From Anthoceros angustus (taxonomy: Eukaryota; Plantae; Anthocerotophyta): a stretch of 64,000 bases of DNA. Location: assembly GCA_010909165.1 (NCBI GenBank), contig MU008190.1:407166-471165 (forward strand), given 5' to 3'. Each line of letters starts with the position of its first letter. Positions within the stretch are counted from its first letter, which is position 1. Made by a program: the position numbers and the translations under genes. Shown here one piece after another: positions 11,115-23,960 of this stretch. Below the pieces are notes generated by a model. It was given only the letters and a program-made list of their open reading frames with translations. It was not told the DNA's origin and did not search any database.

Positions 11115-13475
11115 TGAGCATAGTGTTATGCCAAGTATGTTGATTGTCCTAACAATCCATCCTGAAAGGAGTCAATAAATAGGGATAAGTGTATTGTTGT
11201 GAATTCAAAAATAATTTATTATATTATTTTCCTGTGGAATATTTTTTTTGGATCTTGCACTTTTCAGGTTTTATGTACATTTATCTAATATAACTTATCT
11301 TAATATTTAAGATTTTTTAATATTAATTTTGTCACATATAGCTTGTGTATTCTTAATAGATCCATAACCTACGAATGTAAGTATAGAAGTACATGAAGTC
11401 CTACGATGCCACCTGATATACAATCTGTACAAAGGCTTGCAGGGCCGGCTTGTATAAGATCTTTGTTATTGAAGCCCTTCGAAGCCACCAGTTATGCAAT
11501 TTCTGCTCTCGCACCCACAAGGACTACTATTGTAAGGCTTTATCTCCAATGCTTATCTCCAATGTACAATCCTTTGGGTCCTTTAAATTAAAATATAAAT
11601 ATAAATATTTAATTTATTCACTGAACAAATATTACCGTGATGCGTACACCCGCCGGATGGGTACCTCGTATTGAGGATAGACTCTACATACATAGGTACT
11701 AAAACCGATGTTTGTTACTGTATCGAAACTGGAGGACGGAAAGTTGCATGCAGCTACATCGGCAGGCGTCGATAATTGGGGATGGCAAAATGTACCGGGT
11801 ACGTACCTGCCGGGTTGCCCTAACTGAATGTATCCGGTGAGGTGATGTACAGGTCAAAGATCACCGGCTGGACTTGAGATACAGAGAGAGAGAGAGGAAA
11901 GAGAGCACGCGAGGAGGAAGAAGAGCTGGTGAGCTCCCGGGGAGGGACGGAGGCACTAGATCTGTAGGAGGAGGAGCCGGCTCTTCGATTTCCCCTACGC
12001 CATTGGCTTCAGGTGCTGCGGATTGGTGCGATCTCTTTGCCACAACTCGCTTCCTACATTTCGACTCAGATCGGTGGCCGTTTGAGTTCCTTCTGCTTGC
12101 ATGAAGCTGAACAAGGCAGTAGCATTGGTTAGGTTGCAGGCCAACCGTGGCACCGGGCCAGAATTGAGACTTGTGTGCCTGGGAGACATCAGGGATTGGA
12201 AATTGAACTCGTTTTTCTCCCTGATCTGTCGGTTGTGGCAACCGGTTGTTTTTTGGGCTTGCGGAGTCTGTTTGGGATGGGATGCGAAGTTTTCTGTAGT
12301 GTGGCTTGTGGCTCTGGCTTGGGAAGGTGTGGGTGTGATCTGATCTGCGTTCTCATCTGAATTGTGGATCGTTTGGGGCTACGGTCCTTCGGAGAGGTAG
12401 CGACTTGACGTACTTGTGCTTTCAACATGGTTCCTTTTGGCCTCGTGTGTGCGCTTTGCTGGGCCCGCGAACTCATGCACTTCTCCAGCAGTGAAAACTC
12501 CAATTGTGCATGCTTTCTTCCTCGATGCTTGGCTGGTCACTAGAATTGGTACGCCCGATGCCTGTCCTTTGCCCGACCCATTGTATCCAATTTTGTCTGG
12601 GATTGCAGAATTGCGGGTGATTGTCAGAATTTAGGGCTCGGAGACGGGCGACAGAGTCGATGCCTTCAAACGTGACCTAGAGATGTCTGGTACTGAGCAG
12701 AAATGTCCTTGACTTTTCCCGTCGCCCATTTTTGGTATTTGAGAAAAATCATGTCGGAACGCATGTTTTAAGTTCTCTGTCTGGGATCTGACTTCAGCCA
12801 AGTTCACCGGAAGTTTGTGGGGAACGCTGATAGAGAATTCTCATGTCTGTGCAATTGTCGGCATTCCCAAGATGGCATTGCCAAGATGAGTAAAAGGTTC
12901 CTTCTGTCTCATGCATTAGGGGTTCTTCCGGAAGTTGATGACAATGGTTGTTATTGGATGGATACTGCACTGGTCGATGGAAACCTCCAGTTTGTGTGGA
13001 TTAGCCCACATTCCTTCCACCGCTGCTAACCCAGTCTTGCTTTCAAGATTTGGAATTGGGGGCTGCAACTGATTGTCCTTGTGAATGTTTCGCAGGTTGC
13101 AGACTGCCTGTATGATGCGCTGTTCCATAGGAGCCTCGTGAGTGAGTGCAATTTTGTATTATAGCGTTCACGAGGCCTGAGTCAATCTCAGTTCTGAGTA
13201 ATCATGGGCTGCATAGTATCTTCAATGGGCGTGGAAACAAAAAGAGGATGGCCAGGTGACTGACAGGGTGGGGCGGTCGGAGTGTACCAGAAAAAGAATC
13301 AGTGGTTCTAACATCTGGAGAGGTTGCAGACAAATTCAGTTGCTGCTCTGTTACCAAGAGAAGGTGAACAGACACTCCAGTATGTAGCTGATAAAGTAGT
13401 GAACAGGATGTGTTGGCTTTGGAGAAACAGAGTAGGTTGAGTGTATACACGTCATACTTGAGGCGAGCAGTCGTC

Positions 13476-14963
13476 ATGGCAATGGAGAGCTTTGCAACAG
13501 CATATCCACTTCTTTTCCATGATGGGGAGCAAGAGCATGATAAGGGACATATTGGGATCCATTCAGTGCTTACGTTCAAGCGTTTCCAAGGCATAATGTC
13601 TCAGAAGATCGGGATACAAGCTAACCAGTTGTCTGCAGTTTTTGTTTGTCGTAGGACACAGGATACAGAGAAGAGGCAGAAACTGCCCATCAATGAGAAT
13701 ACAAACTTCAACATTATATTGAATCAGCACAATCCAAGCAGGGAAAGGGACTGCCACTTTCTAGTATCAATGAAAAAGTCCAAAAAGGAAAGGAAAGGTC
13801 CTAGGAAGCGCAGTGCAGAAGCGGAGAATGCTGATGATGATGACTCAGGTTCCTCGAGAGGTGACTTGTCTCCGTCAGATGAGCGTCCCAAGTCCAACAG
13901 TGTCAATGATGAGGGTTCGTCGCCAGAGGCCTCTTCACCCGTCGCGCCATTGCACCGGCCAATGTCTCCTGTTGCTGTCCCTGCAGCTCATGCTAATGGC
14001 CACAGAGCCAGTAGCAATGGCTCGTCCCCCAGTGGGAAGACAACGTCAGTGGATGTTATCAAGGTTGAAAGGACTCTGCTTAGGAGGGAAGGCATGGGAC
14101 AAAATGGCTTTCTTAGCCCAAGGCGGAATGTCGCTGCAAAGGGGGCTGCACATCGGGCTGAATCATCGAAGGTGGAAGGTCGTCCACCTGTACAAAATCC
14201 GCACAGTTCCAGTTTGCAGGAAGACCATCGGAAACTGGACAAGCAAAGGGCTTCAGAAGATATTGCGATCCAGGCCAGGCCAGGAGAGAAGACTCCAGCT
14301 CCATCCTCTCAACAGTTGCCCCGACTGACAGTGCCTCATGTTGATCTGTTTCATCAGGAAAGGTTCAGTGATGCTGTGCCACAGGCTTCTCCAGTACATA
14401 GAAATGGGGTGGCTTCATCTGCAGTGTCTCCAAGCTCACCAGGTATTGCCAGAAATGGATCGGGTATATCAGGTTTGAGCTCAACAGTTTCTCAAGGGCA
14501 AAACAGGAATGGAGGCCTTGCCTCTGGTACAGTGGTGTCGAGAACAGCGGCTGCACAGAATGGGGGAAATGGAAGGTCTCCTTCTGCAGTGCCTGGGAAT
14601 TTGATGCAAAGAGTAAGCAATGGCAGTGGTGCAGTAGTAGGATCTGGATCAAATATGGTGACCCTGCAGCAGGTGCAGCAGGCTCAATTTTTGCACAGCT
14701 TCCACCAGCAGCATGCTTCACATGTCATGACGTCGTTGGAGTTTTCGAAGCTAAGTGGTGTTCTTCGGGGTCTGGTGGGTATGGATCTAAGAGGAGAGGC
14801 CAGCAAGGCATGCAGACTCTGCAGTCATTACGCAGAAAGGAACATCGGACCAGCTCCCTTTCACTCGTGCGTGCATGATAGGATCACTTCTGGCTTCAGA
14901 GGCCCATCGCCAGCAGGGCCGATCGGCAGACCGGTGAAGCGTCACGTGGAAGCAGCATCTTGA
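13476..14963 (+). CDS. DUF7138-like plant protein (conserved N-terminal domain, low-complexity middle, C-terminal Cys/His motif)
   Basis: Single-exon ORF from ATG 13476. N-term YPLLFHDGEQE..GHIGIHSVLTFKRFQGIMSQKIGI..NQLS...RQKLPI; C-term CRLC...FHSCVHDRITSGFRGPSPAGPIGRP. Confidence 0.75.
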   Translation: MAMESFATAYPLLFHDGEQEHDKGHIGIHSVLTFKRFQGIMSQKIGIQANQLSAVFVCRRTQDTEKRQKLPINENTNFNIILNQHNPSRERDCHFLVSMKKSKKERKGPRKRSAEAENADDDDSGSSRGDLSPSDERPKSNSVNDEGSSPEASSPVAPLHRPMSPVAVPAAHANGHRASSNGSSPSGKTTSVDVIKVERTLLRREGMGQNGFLSPRRNVAAKGAAHRAESSKVEGRPPVQNPHSSSLQEDHRKLDKQRASEDIAIQARPGEKTPAPSSQQLPRLTVPHVDLFHQERFSDAVPQASPVHRNGVASSAVSPSSPGIARNGSGISGLSSTVSQGQNRNGGLASGTVVSRTAAAQNGGNGRSPSAVPGNLMQRVSNGSGAVVGSGSNMVTLQQVQQAQFLHSFHQQHASHVMTSLEFSKLSGVLRGLVGMDLRGEASKACRLCSHYAERNIGPAPFHSCVHDRITSGFRGPSPAGPIGRPVKRHVEAAS

Positions 14964-15667
14964 GCATGTTTACCCGTTGCCGTCGATAGAGCAAGCAGAG
15001 ATGCTTGTGCGCTTCTTTTGGAAGGTAGGAGTAGGCTATATTCAAACACTGCGTCAGCACACCTGGTGCGTGATGCGTACCATGGATGTTATCTGGACTC
15101 CGAAATCCTTATACAGTATGTGTCAGTGGGGCAACTTGGCTCGCGTTGCTTTGGTGCGGCGGGTCGCTGCTTCTCGCGACATACATACATACAGACATAC
15201 ATCCACAAACGTTCCTTTTTGCTGGCGCGCGCAGCAAAGGAGCGAGATCCGCTGTCATAATGCCCATCTCATTCATGGCGCTTCAGAGTCCAGAGTGGGG
15301 AGCTCGGGGAGCTCAGGGAGCTCAGTGGGCCCTCGGACACGGGTGCGAATTCGTTACCGTGAATGCCTGAACTCTGCGGACCCTGCGTCACGTGGCCAGT
15401 GTCGACACTGCTATCCGCCCGGCTACCTCGCCTACCCGGTACCCGGTGCGCCACCAAGGTACAGTGTATACATGTGCTTGTGGATGTACTGTACATATGT
15501 ATGTACGTAGGTCCATACAGTCAGGTACAAGAAAAAGAGGACGAATTCTCTTGCGTTTGGGCGAGGCGTATTTTTTCACCTCTGCTGTCACTTGACACTG
15601 CGTAGCTGTAAATTACTCATTCCACTCATGGATGTCTAACCGTACATACGGAATCTCTATGTCTGTG

Positions 15668-15768
15668 CATACATACATACATACATACATACATACATAC
15701 ATACATACATACATACATACATACATACATACATACATACATACATACATACATACATACATACATAC
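15668..15768. repeat. (ACAT)n microsatellite, ~25 units
   Basis: Direct reading. Confidence 0.98.
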
Positions 15769-16443
15769 TCTAAGTGAGGTCGTGAACAAGATTTGGCAGT
15801 TGACTGTACGTGAGCCACCCACTCTAATGACACTCTTGTCACTTGTGTGAATGCTGTACACACTCGGAGCGCAAAATCTGGCAGCAGCCAAGCACGATGT
15901 CCGGTTTAACGCCTAGGTTTAAGGAAACCACACGTACGTGTTCCGATCCGGCGTTTCAGCTTGTCGACTTCCTCGGAGACTGTCTTGGGGCCAGCCATTC
16001 ATCCGCCCCGCAATAACTTTTGCGTTTAATTCTGTAGGGATATGAAGCCTCGGGTCTCGGCGGCGTGCTGCTCTGCTCCATCCCGTCTTGGCGAGCAGCT
16101 TTGCAGAGTCTGGATCGCACGGGTTAGAGCAGAGCTGCGTGCTTGATCTGGTACCGTGCTGATTTTGCCGGACTCTTGACACATGATATGAGGAGATCTG
16201 TCCAAGGAGGTTTCTGTGTTGAGCACAGCCCTCGGAGCTTCAGGCAGCTCTCCAGGCACTGTTTGTGTGAGCTCGGGCAGCAGTTTGTTGCACAACTTCC
16301 CCAGCGAACTTCGCAACCTGGCGTACTGGCGGTTCTCGAGGCGCCGCAGTCCGCAGTTTCTGCGAGGATTCGTTTACTGTCCGAACGTTTTAAGTTGTTT
16401 CAGACCTCTGTCTGTTGTCTTATGCTCGTAAATCCAGCAAGCT

Positions 16444-18214
16444 ATGCCGAAGTCACAGCCACGGTCGAGGAGACGCTGCGTCTCGATCACACTTTTGGTC
16501 GGTGGCCTTGTCTTGTTGTTGAATGGCTATGCTCTTGATATGCTCTGTGCCGCCTTGGCGTCGCAGGCAACATACTTCACCGATTGGCAACACCAAGGTT
16601 CGGGGTGGGATGCTTGAATTCAAGTCATATGAGATTGGATGGTTTGAGTTGCGGATCTGACTCTCCTACTTGTCTGTTGCCATAGCGGAAGGCCTTTTTG
16701 GAGACTTGCTCCCTCCGGATGCTTCTTGCAGGAGCCGGACTGAACAGAAGGCTTACTATAGAGCACCAAAGCATCGACCATCCGCAAGCTTGATTTCGAG
16801 GTTGAGGAGTTACGCCTCACATCATGCAGAATGCACTCAGTTGGTCTCAAATCTGTTGGACAGAATGATGGAAGGCTCTGATGATGAGCAGAGATGGCAA
16901 GAGCTGTTCAGGACCAGTATGAGAAGTTCCGATGCCACCGACTGCCGCTTCCTTGTCTGGATTCAGTACAGCGGATTGGGAAACAACTTGGTGTCAATCA
17001 CTTCGGCTTTTCTGTACTCACTGCTCACAAATAGGGTGCTTCTCATCGGCAGCAGTGGCCACTTGCCCGAGTTCTTCTGCGAGCCCTTTTCTGGATCTTC
17101 TTGGGTTCTCCCTGACCGGTTGCCTCAAAATTGGTTGCAGCAGATGAATGAAACTCACCCCTTGCGGCATGGACAGTTGGTGAGTTCTGGCGCCTGGGAC
17201 ACCATGAACCAGAATTTTCGGGATAAGACCACCGGACGGGCCCTTTTTTTTGCTTATATTCATCTGACTCACAGCTCCAATTGTCATGACAATCTTTTCT
17301 TTGACGAGATACAGCAACAGAGGCTGGCCTCTGTTCCATGGCTCTTCATAAGATCCAATCAGTACTTTGCGCCTGCCGTCTATGCTATGGACAACTTCTA
17401 CAGTCAGCTGCAAACGCTTTTCCCACAACCAGACACCGTGTTCCACCTTTTAGCAAGGTATTTGTTCAATCCCGCGAACCAGATCTGGGAAGTTGTGACG
17501 CGTTACTTTGATGCTTATCTCCGTCAGGCGGATCGGAGGGTGGGCCTTCAGCTGCGCACCTTTGGATCCTATGGGGACAGATTTGACTACGTGTCCGAGC
17601 AAGCGCTGCTCTGCGGCATCCAGAACGGGGTGCTCCCGAATGTGTCCTTCAGTGCTGGACCTGGCAGTCTTTTAGGTGGAAGGTTATCACAGAGGATTGT
17701 ATCTGTCCAACAAAATGGTGTGTTATCCCGTGCAGTCCCATCAAAAAAGAGGGTGACCATCTTCGTGACTTCTCTGAAAGGACAGTATCATGATGAGTTG
17801 AAACAGTTTTACCTCCAGGGGCCAACAGAGGACGGAGAGGTGGTGAGCCTCCACCAAATGAGCCGTGAAGGCGAGCAGAACTCTCAGAGCAAAGCGCACA
17901 ACATGCTTGCTTGGACGGAAATACTGCTGCTGTCCTTGTGCGATGAGTTGATCACGAGTTCGTGGTCGACTTTCGGCTACTCCGCGCAGGGACTGGCTGG
18001 CGTTCAACCATACGTCTTAAGTAAAGGCGAAGACGGAAGTGAGAGTATGCCTCTGCCTGTCTGCTTTGCATCTTATTCCATGGAGCCTTGCTTTCATGCA
18101 GCGCCGTTGGTGGGTTGCACTTCCGATGGAGGCTTTTCGGACTTCAGTGCCGACATCCCATTTATTCGGCACTGCGAAGATGTGGCTTGGGGGGTTAAGA
18201 GTTTTGCGACTTGA
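16444..18214 (+). CDS. FUT1: Xyloglucan fucosyltransferase (GT37, FUT1 family), 2 exons
   Basis: Exon 1 (16444-16597) gives a basic tail plus TM anchor (MPKSQPRSRRRCVSITLLVGGLVLLLNG). Exon 2 (16686-18214) has SGLGNNLVSITSAFLYSLLTNRVLL, VGLQLR, ILLLSLCDELITSSWSTFGYSAQGLAG and SMEPCFHAAP. Confidence 0.92.
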
Positions 18215-18327
18215 TCAGAAGCATTGAAGGGGAGCGTGGGTTAACGTGTCTGCCCCCCCGCCCGGGTACCAACACACGCAGGCGAAGTTCTGCCAACAAC
18301 AACCATGCCAGTCTCCCAAATGAAGGA

Positions 18328-18415
18328 AATTTAATGCATCATCCGTCAAGTTCAGTTTATTAAATGCATCATCCATCAGGTTCAGTTTATTAAATGCTTC
18401 ATCCCTCAGTTTTTG
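18328..18415. repeat. 33-bp tandem repeat (~2.5 copies) between convergent FUT and SGS3 3' ends
   Basis: AAATGCATCATCC.TCA.GTTCAGTTTATT repeated. Confidence 0.85.
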
Positions 18416-18553
18416 ACCTAGCCCATGAAAGTCTTCGCGTGCTCGCAGCTTGCAAAAGCACAGCTCTGCTGCAGACAAAATGCAGAACTAAACACTGGAC
18501 TGTCAAAACAAAGCAGGGAGATTATGGAGTTTTGCTAGACTCTACCATGTCAA

Positions 18554-21100
18554 CTACCCAGCGTTCTGGTAACTTCCGAACTGGTTGAAAAGCCTTTGAC
18601 TGTCCGTCTTATAGTCATTGAGAATGGTGCCTCTTTCACTTTCAAGCTCCCTCTCCAGCGCAAGTGTTTCCTCGTGCTGCTGCTGCCTTAATGCCAATTT
18701 CCGTAAATGAAACTGCTGCTGAATCTCGTTCTTTCGAGACTCATACTCCTCAGCCCGCCTCAGCCCTGCTTCAACCAGACGGGATTGCCTAGCAATCTCT
18801 TCCTCCAGCTTCCGTTGCTCCAGCTGGTGCTCAGCACCATCGAGCTTTGAGGCTTTGGTCTCTAGACGCTGACAAGCCTCTATGTTCTTATCATACGCTT
18901 CTCGCAGCTTCTCCTGCTCCTTGTTCTCCTCCGAAGCCACCTTGTCCCTGTACGTCTGAAGCTTTTCCTCAAAATACTTCTCCATGTCCTCTAAACTCTT
19001 CTTATTCTTGGAATTCTGCTCTTCTGCACGCATCTGGATCTCCTTGATCTCCTCCTCTCGCAGTCTGAGCTGCCGTGTGATGACACACACGGTCCTCTCC
19101 AACTCCTTCCGGTGTTGCTGTGCCTTCTGAACCTTGTCCTTGAGATAAGTCACTTGATGAAAGTCCTCATCCTGCTGCCGCATGGGCTCCAGGACGGTTT
19201 CGTTCAGCCTCTTCATGTCACACTTGAGGAGCATCTTCCCCCTTCCGTGCCTGTTAAACACCTCTACATCTTCCTTAGTTGCCATGTAGCCATACAAAAT
19301 CCGCTGCCCACTACTACCCGGCTGGTAGAGTGTCTTGGACTGCCGGTACCAATCATCCCTGCCCCTTCTCGCCTCCTTAAATGCCCTATCCAACCTCTGG
19401 GCATCGTAGTACCCGGACGGAGAGTCCCCAAATATGACAATGCTCATGCCACGGTGGCCCTGAGGCCCGTAAGCATGCCTAGCCTTCAACGCATTGTACT
19501 CCCGGAAATGGTCCAGCAGCTCCTGGTTCCCCATCCCGATCCACTTGTCCTGCTCATCCATCTCCAGCTGCGTGTTCTGCACCACAACCATGGGCGGCCA
19601 CAGCACCAGCGGATTCAAACTCTCGTCCGTCTCCCGCAGCCCCTTCCACTTCCCAAACTTCCCGGCCACCGCCGCCGACGCAGCAGCACCCCGCTGCCTG
19701 AGCTCGTCCTCCAGCAGGTTGGCAAACGTCCTGTGCAGCTTCACCCGCTTCGCCCTGATGGTCTGCGCATGCGTCAGCAGGGGCTGCAGGCCGCGGTACC
19801 AGTCGATAGCACCCACCCCGCCCTTACAGGCAGGGCAATGCCACTGCCTATCGTACTCCGACATCTGCTCCACCGACAGATTCCTGAGCGCATCGAAGAA
19901 GGGCTGGAACCACTTGCTCGTGGCCTGGAAGCCCTCCGCCTCGGAATCGGAGTCCCCGCTGTAGTAGTCGCTGTCGTCGGGCAGGTCGTCCTCCGACTGG
20001 CTCTCGGACAGCACGCTCACCGGGTAGTCCTCGATGCTGGGCGGCTGCAACGCCGGCCCCGGCCCGCCCCTGTCCTGCTGCCTGAAGCTGGCCTCCGTCC
20101 ACCTCGCGGCCTCCACATCCGGACCCCCCTGCCAGGCCGTCCCGGGATTAGGAAGGGGAGCGGGAGCAGACACCTCGTGCCCCCACGCGGAATGCGCAGC
20201 CGAGGCTCCCCCCGGGTTCCCCCACGCCGGAGCAACGGGGAGCACGAGAGCCTGGGCATCCGCATCACCCACCGGGTTCCCCCACCCGTCCAGCCTCACG
20301 TTCCTGCTAGCCTCGGCCTTGTTGTACAGCACGGCGTTCCCGGCAGCCGCCGCCCTGCCCCGGGCCTGCCCGTTCCCCGCTGCCGCGCCCGCTGCTGCTG
20401 CTGGGCAGAACCAGCGTCGGAGGAATTATCTGCCCAGTCCCCGCCCCAGGCCGCCGCGGAGGAGTAGCCATTGTTGTTCTTGCCCTGCGGCCTCCCGCCC
20501 TCTCCCCAGCCCGGCTCCAACAGCGCCACCCCTGCCTCCCCGGCACCTCCCCGTTGTTACCCGCATCGGGCGGCGGCCCACAATGCCAGCGGAAGAAGAA
20601 GCAGCCTTTCCCTTGCGGCCGCGCCGGGAAGCCGCCACCTCCCACCCGCCCTCCTGCGCCGCATTATGGGCCTCGCTGCCCTGCTGCTGCTGCTCCTGCC
20701 GCTCCCAGTCATCTCCACCCCACCCGCTCATGCCGCCCTGGCCCGCCTTGCTGCCCTCGGGCTCCCCGTCCCCCGGCTGCTCCTCCTCCAACCCCTGCTC
20801 CACCTCCGCGATGCTGGCGGCCTGCATCGCGGACGACAGCGCAAGCTCCAGCGCTGTCGCGGTCGGGAGAGGCAATACTCCCGATTCTTGGCCCGCTCCA
20901 TCTCCAAACGCGTCACACTTGCCGGCATTGGCATCCGGCTCCCGCAGCAGCGGCTGCTGCTGCGGCTTCTTCTTCTTCTTCTTGCTGCTGCCCTTGGATG
21001 CAGCGTTCGGGGCCAGCCTGCCGTTCTCGAGGCCCACGCCGCCGCCGCTGCTCCCGTTGCTGCCGGTGCCGCCCCCGGCCGCTCGCCCCTGCCGGTGCAT
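18554..21100 (-). CDS. SGS3: SUPPRESSOR OF GENE SILENCING 3 (zf-XS, XS domain, coiled coil); N-terminal region frameshifted in this sequence
   Basis: 592-aa ORF 20332-18554: QWHCPACKGGVGAIDWYRGLQPLLTHA, WPPMVVVQNT, WIGMGNQELLDHF, ARHAYGPQGHRGMSIVIF, then coiled coil. The upstream ORF (first ATG 21100) has EVEQGL and EGGWEVAASRRGRKGK typical of SGS3 N-termini. An in-frame TAA at 20428-20426 separates the two. Confidence 0.93.
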
Positions 21101-22699
21101 GGCACAGACGCCCGATTCCTCTTGCGGCCTCAGCTTGCCCACATGCAGGCACGGCCCCCTTCACCCCCTCACCCTCGACCCTGCCACCACCACACTGGGC
21201 ACCAGCTTCAAAGGTAACGGGGCCGGCCTTAAAAACCTCCGTTATATTCATGTAGCAGCAATATGTGGATAACGCCCCGTTTCTTCTTCAACTGGAGGCA
21301 AAAAAGGTCTCATTTCTCCCTTCCCCACCCTTTCACTTTGTTTCTCATTTTCACAAACTTTTCCTTTCCCCTTTCTCTAGAACTTTCTCTTGAATTTTTC
21401 CTTTCCACACCCTTCTCCTTTCCCTTTCCACAAACTTCTCCTTTCCCCATTCTCGAAAACCCGTGGTTTTCTTCTTCACATACTTTTCTCCTTTCCCCAT
21501 TCTCTAAAAACTCTTGGTTTTTTTTTTTCTTATAGTTCTTCTTTGAAGTTTTCTCGGTTATATTGTAAGTAGTTTGTTTCTAGGCAGTTCAAAGACAAGT
21601 TTGTAATAGCATTAGCATGCCAATACAAGAGTACCCTACATCTTATCCAACATGGAACCCTCCATGCAACGCAAGAGATGGCCCATATTATACGACTATG
21701 GCTACGATTACAATTAAATGGGAATACGCGAAAGTTTCTCAAGGAAGATTGGTCCACCCAAAAAAGGGATGAAATTATTTATATTATTATCATTATCTGA
21801 ATATTGGTTGAGTAAGCATAAATATATGAAGAGGACAGAATAGACTATCGTAGGGGTTATTTGGGAGCAGCATAACCACTAGAAGGAAATAACTTACGCA
21901 ATATGATACTTGGGGCAAAATGAGTAAATTCAAACTTGATCTCGGATTTCAATGTAGCATCATTGGGTCCCGTCAGAAACTTAAACCTCTATAGCTCCTA
22001 CAGCAATCAGCCTATGGATGCCAAACCGGTCCAAGTATTGAGGACGATAACCGCAATGCTAGCCACCCCATAGAGGGCAATTGAATGCATCTTCAAGGAT
22101 CAACCCTTATTTTACCAAACAATCAATCATTCTGTTGGAGGAGTTCAATTTTTCTTATTGTTTGGAAGGCTATGCTACCCAAGTTAAGAATTTTTCTATA
22201 ACACATTACCTTATGTAAAAAACTAGTATATGCTTTCCTGGAGCACCAATGTCATTGTCAAGAAGCATTCCTAAACTCATCTCCATCACAAAGCTAAGTT
22301 ATACTATAAATCTCCAACTTTTTGTATATGTCTGCCAACCTCAACAACTCTTCGATGATTCCCCGTGAATACAAGGTTAATAAATTTTGGATTGAGCATG
22401 ATGCACTTGGCGCACAGTTTCAAGCTCTTATCCTCGAGTTATAACACCAAGGCTTCCACATGTGACTTGAACTTGGATTTTTTTTCAAGCTTTTAAGAGA
22501 TTACACGAGCCTTCCAAAGCAACCATAATGTATCACAATGTTATTTCCATTCGGACGGAAGAGAGCAAATTCCAAAGATGGTTACGCTAAATATCTGTGA
22601 GAGCAAGTAAGCAGAATAAAATTAAGTAAATTGCTTTCCTGCCAATTGCTCACAGTTTACTAATGATTAACAAAAATACAAAGCGCTGGATTTATGTCA

Positions 22700-23270
22700 A
22701 GGAAGCTTGACATTGTGAAAGAAGGGGCACGAAAAGTGAACTTGAGATCAAAAACGTATAAAATAATGTACAATAAATGCTGAGGTGTTAACTCACTTAA
22801 AGAGAGAAGCGTAGACGTTATTAATAGGTGAGATGGGGAATCCCATCTACCCCTGAAGACCGAGGAGGAACAACCCAAAAAGGGCTAATAGTAAAACGGG
22901 AAGTCCTAGTCCCCTCGAATGCCTTTCCCGTAACTACCTCGCACAAGGATATTGTGATCGTGATGATGAAGGGCCTACCTACCACCGGTGCCAAAGAAGC
23001 CGCTAGTCCTGTGCACGTAGCCGTCCTATAAACAGCATTAGCGAGCACTTTTTGCAAAGCTATGGAGCACCGGGCGAAGAAAGCCACCGGAGGAAAGGGA
23101 GGCCCTCCAATCGTATGTGATAGGCTTTGCACTCCTTAATTAACCTAGAGAAGTCCTTACCCATAGCCCCATGAGTCTCAAGGGCGAGGGGGATGAAAAC
23201 ATGGCCATCTTGCATAGGAGAGTACTTGTGAGTCTTGCTGGTTGCGCATCCTTCCGCCGCCCAGTTTCTC
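22700..23270 (-). mobile_element. 3' remnant of a restriction-like-endonuclease (CRE-like) non-LTR retrotransposon
   Basis: WAAEGCATSKTHKY...FIPLALETHGAMGKDFSRLIKEC, then in another frame FFARCSIALQKVLANAVY. Homologous to 30750-31130. Confidence 0.6.
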
Positions 23271-23960
23271 CACATCGCCCACTCCGGACTTTGATATTGC
23301 TTCCACAGTTGCTCCTGTTGGCAATGGCTCAAACGACTTTGACATCTTAGCATAGGTTCAAGAAAAGATCCTAAAACTTCCTTCAGTGTCTTTCGCCGGT
23401 GCCTTCTCCACGGTGCCTTTGCTCTTCGCTGATTTTGTGGATAAGGTTGAAGCAGATGCATTGACCGGGATTGCTGCTCAGTAACCCGTAGGCCGTAATT
23501 CCGGATGCTTTTCCCGATACGCCGCTTCATTGTGCTCGTTCCTCCCACAGCTAGGGAATGACTCCTCACCCTTGAGTCCTCCGAATGCATGCTTGTACTC
23601 ATGACGGGAATGGTCCATCCCTCGGCACCTCACGCAGGGGCTCATCACTTGGGATGTGTGGGCTGGCTTGTCTCGCCGAGCTCCTATAGTGCTTTCCTAT
23701 CTTTATTCTTTATGCATCACGATTGTGAAAACGCCTTCCCTTTTGTTGTGTACGTCGTAAAAGGCTCGTGAATGAGACGATGGGCTGTCGGGTGTAAGCT
23801 CAAGGCCGACGGGTGTAGCAGTACTTAAATGGGTCCCTAAGGGAGTTAATGTTCTTGGTGCTAGTAGCTTAGGCACACCATGGTACAAGGGTTATAAAGA
23901 ACCATTAAGGAAAATTCGATCCAGTCGACGGACTATAATAGACTTCATTCTTCTTCTATG
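23270..23960 (-). mobile_element. Decayed retroelement piece: dispersed repeat copy 3 plus a possible gag-like remnant
   Basis: The reverse complement of 23815-23960 matches 5109-5275. Downstream SCGRNEHNEAAYREKHPELRP resembles a degenerate gag knuckle region. Confidence 0.3.

Noticed and set aside
15613-15891. ORFs with YVCM/HTYI repeats
   Set aside because: Translations of the (ACAT)n microsatellite.
19112-21272. Long plus-strand ORFs of 451 and 412 aa opposite SGS3
   Set aside because: Expected from very high GC3 in SGS3, which depletes antisense stops; low-complexity products with no domain.
21600-22660. Possible LINE tail (TLWLLWKAR on the minus strand)
   Set aside because: One short motif among many stops; too weak to call.
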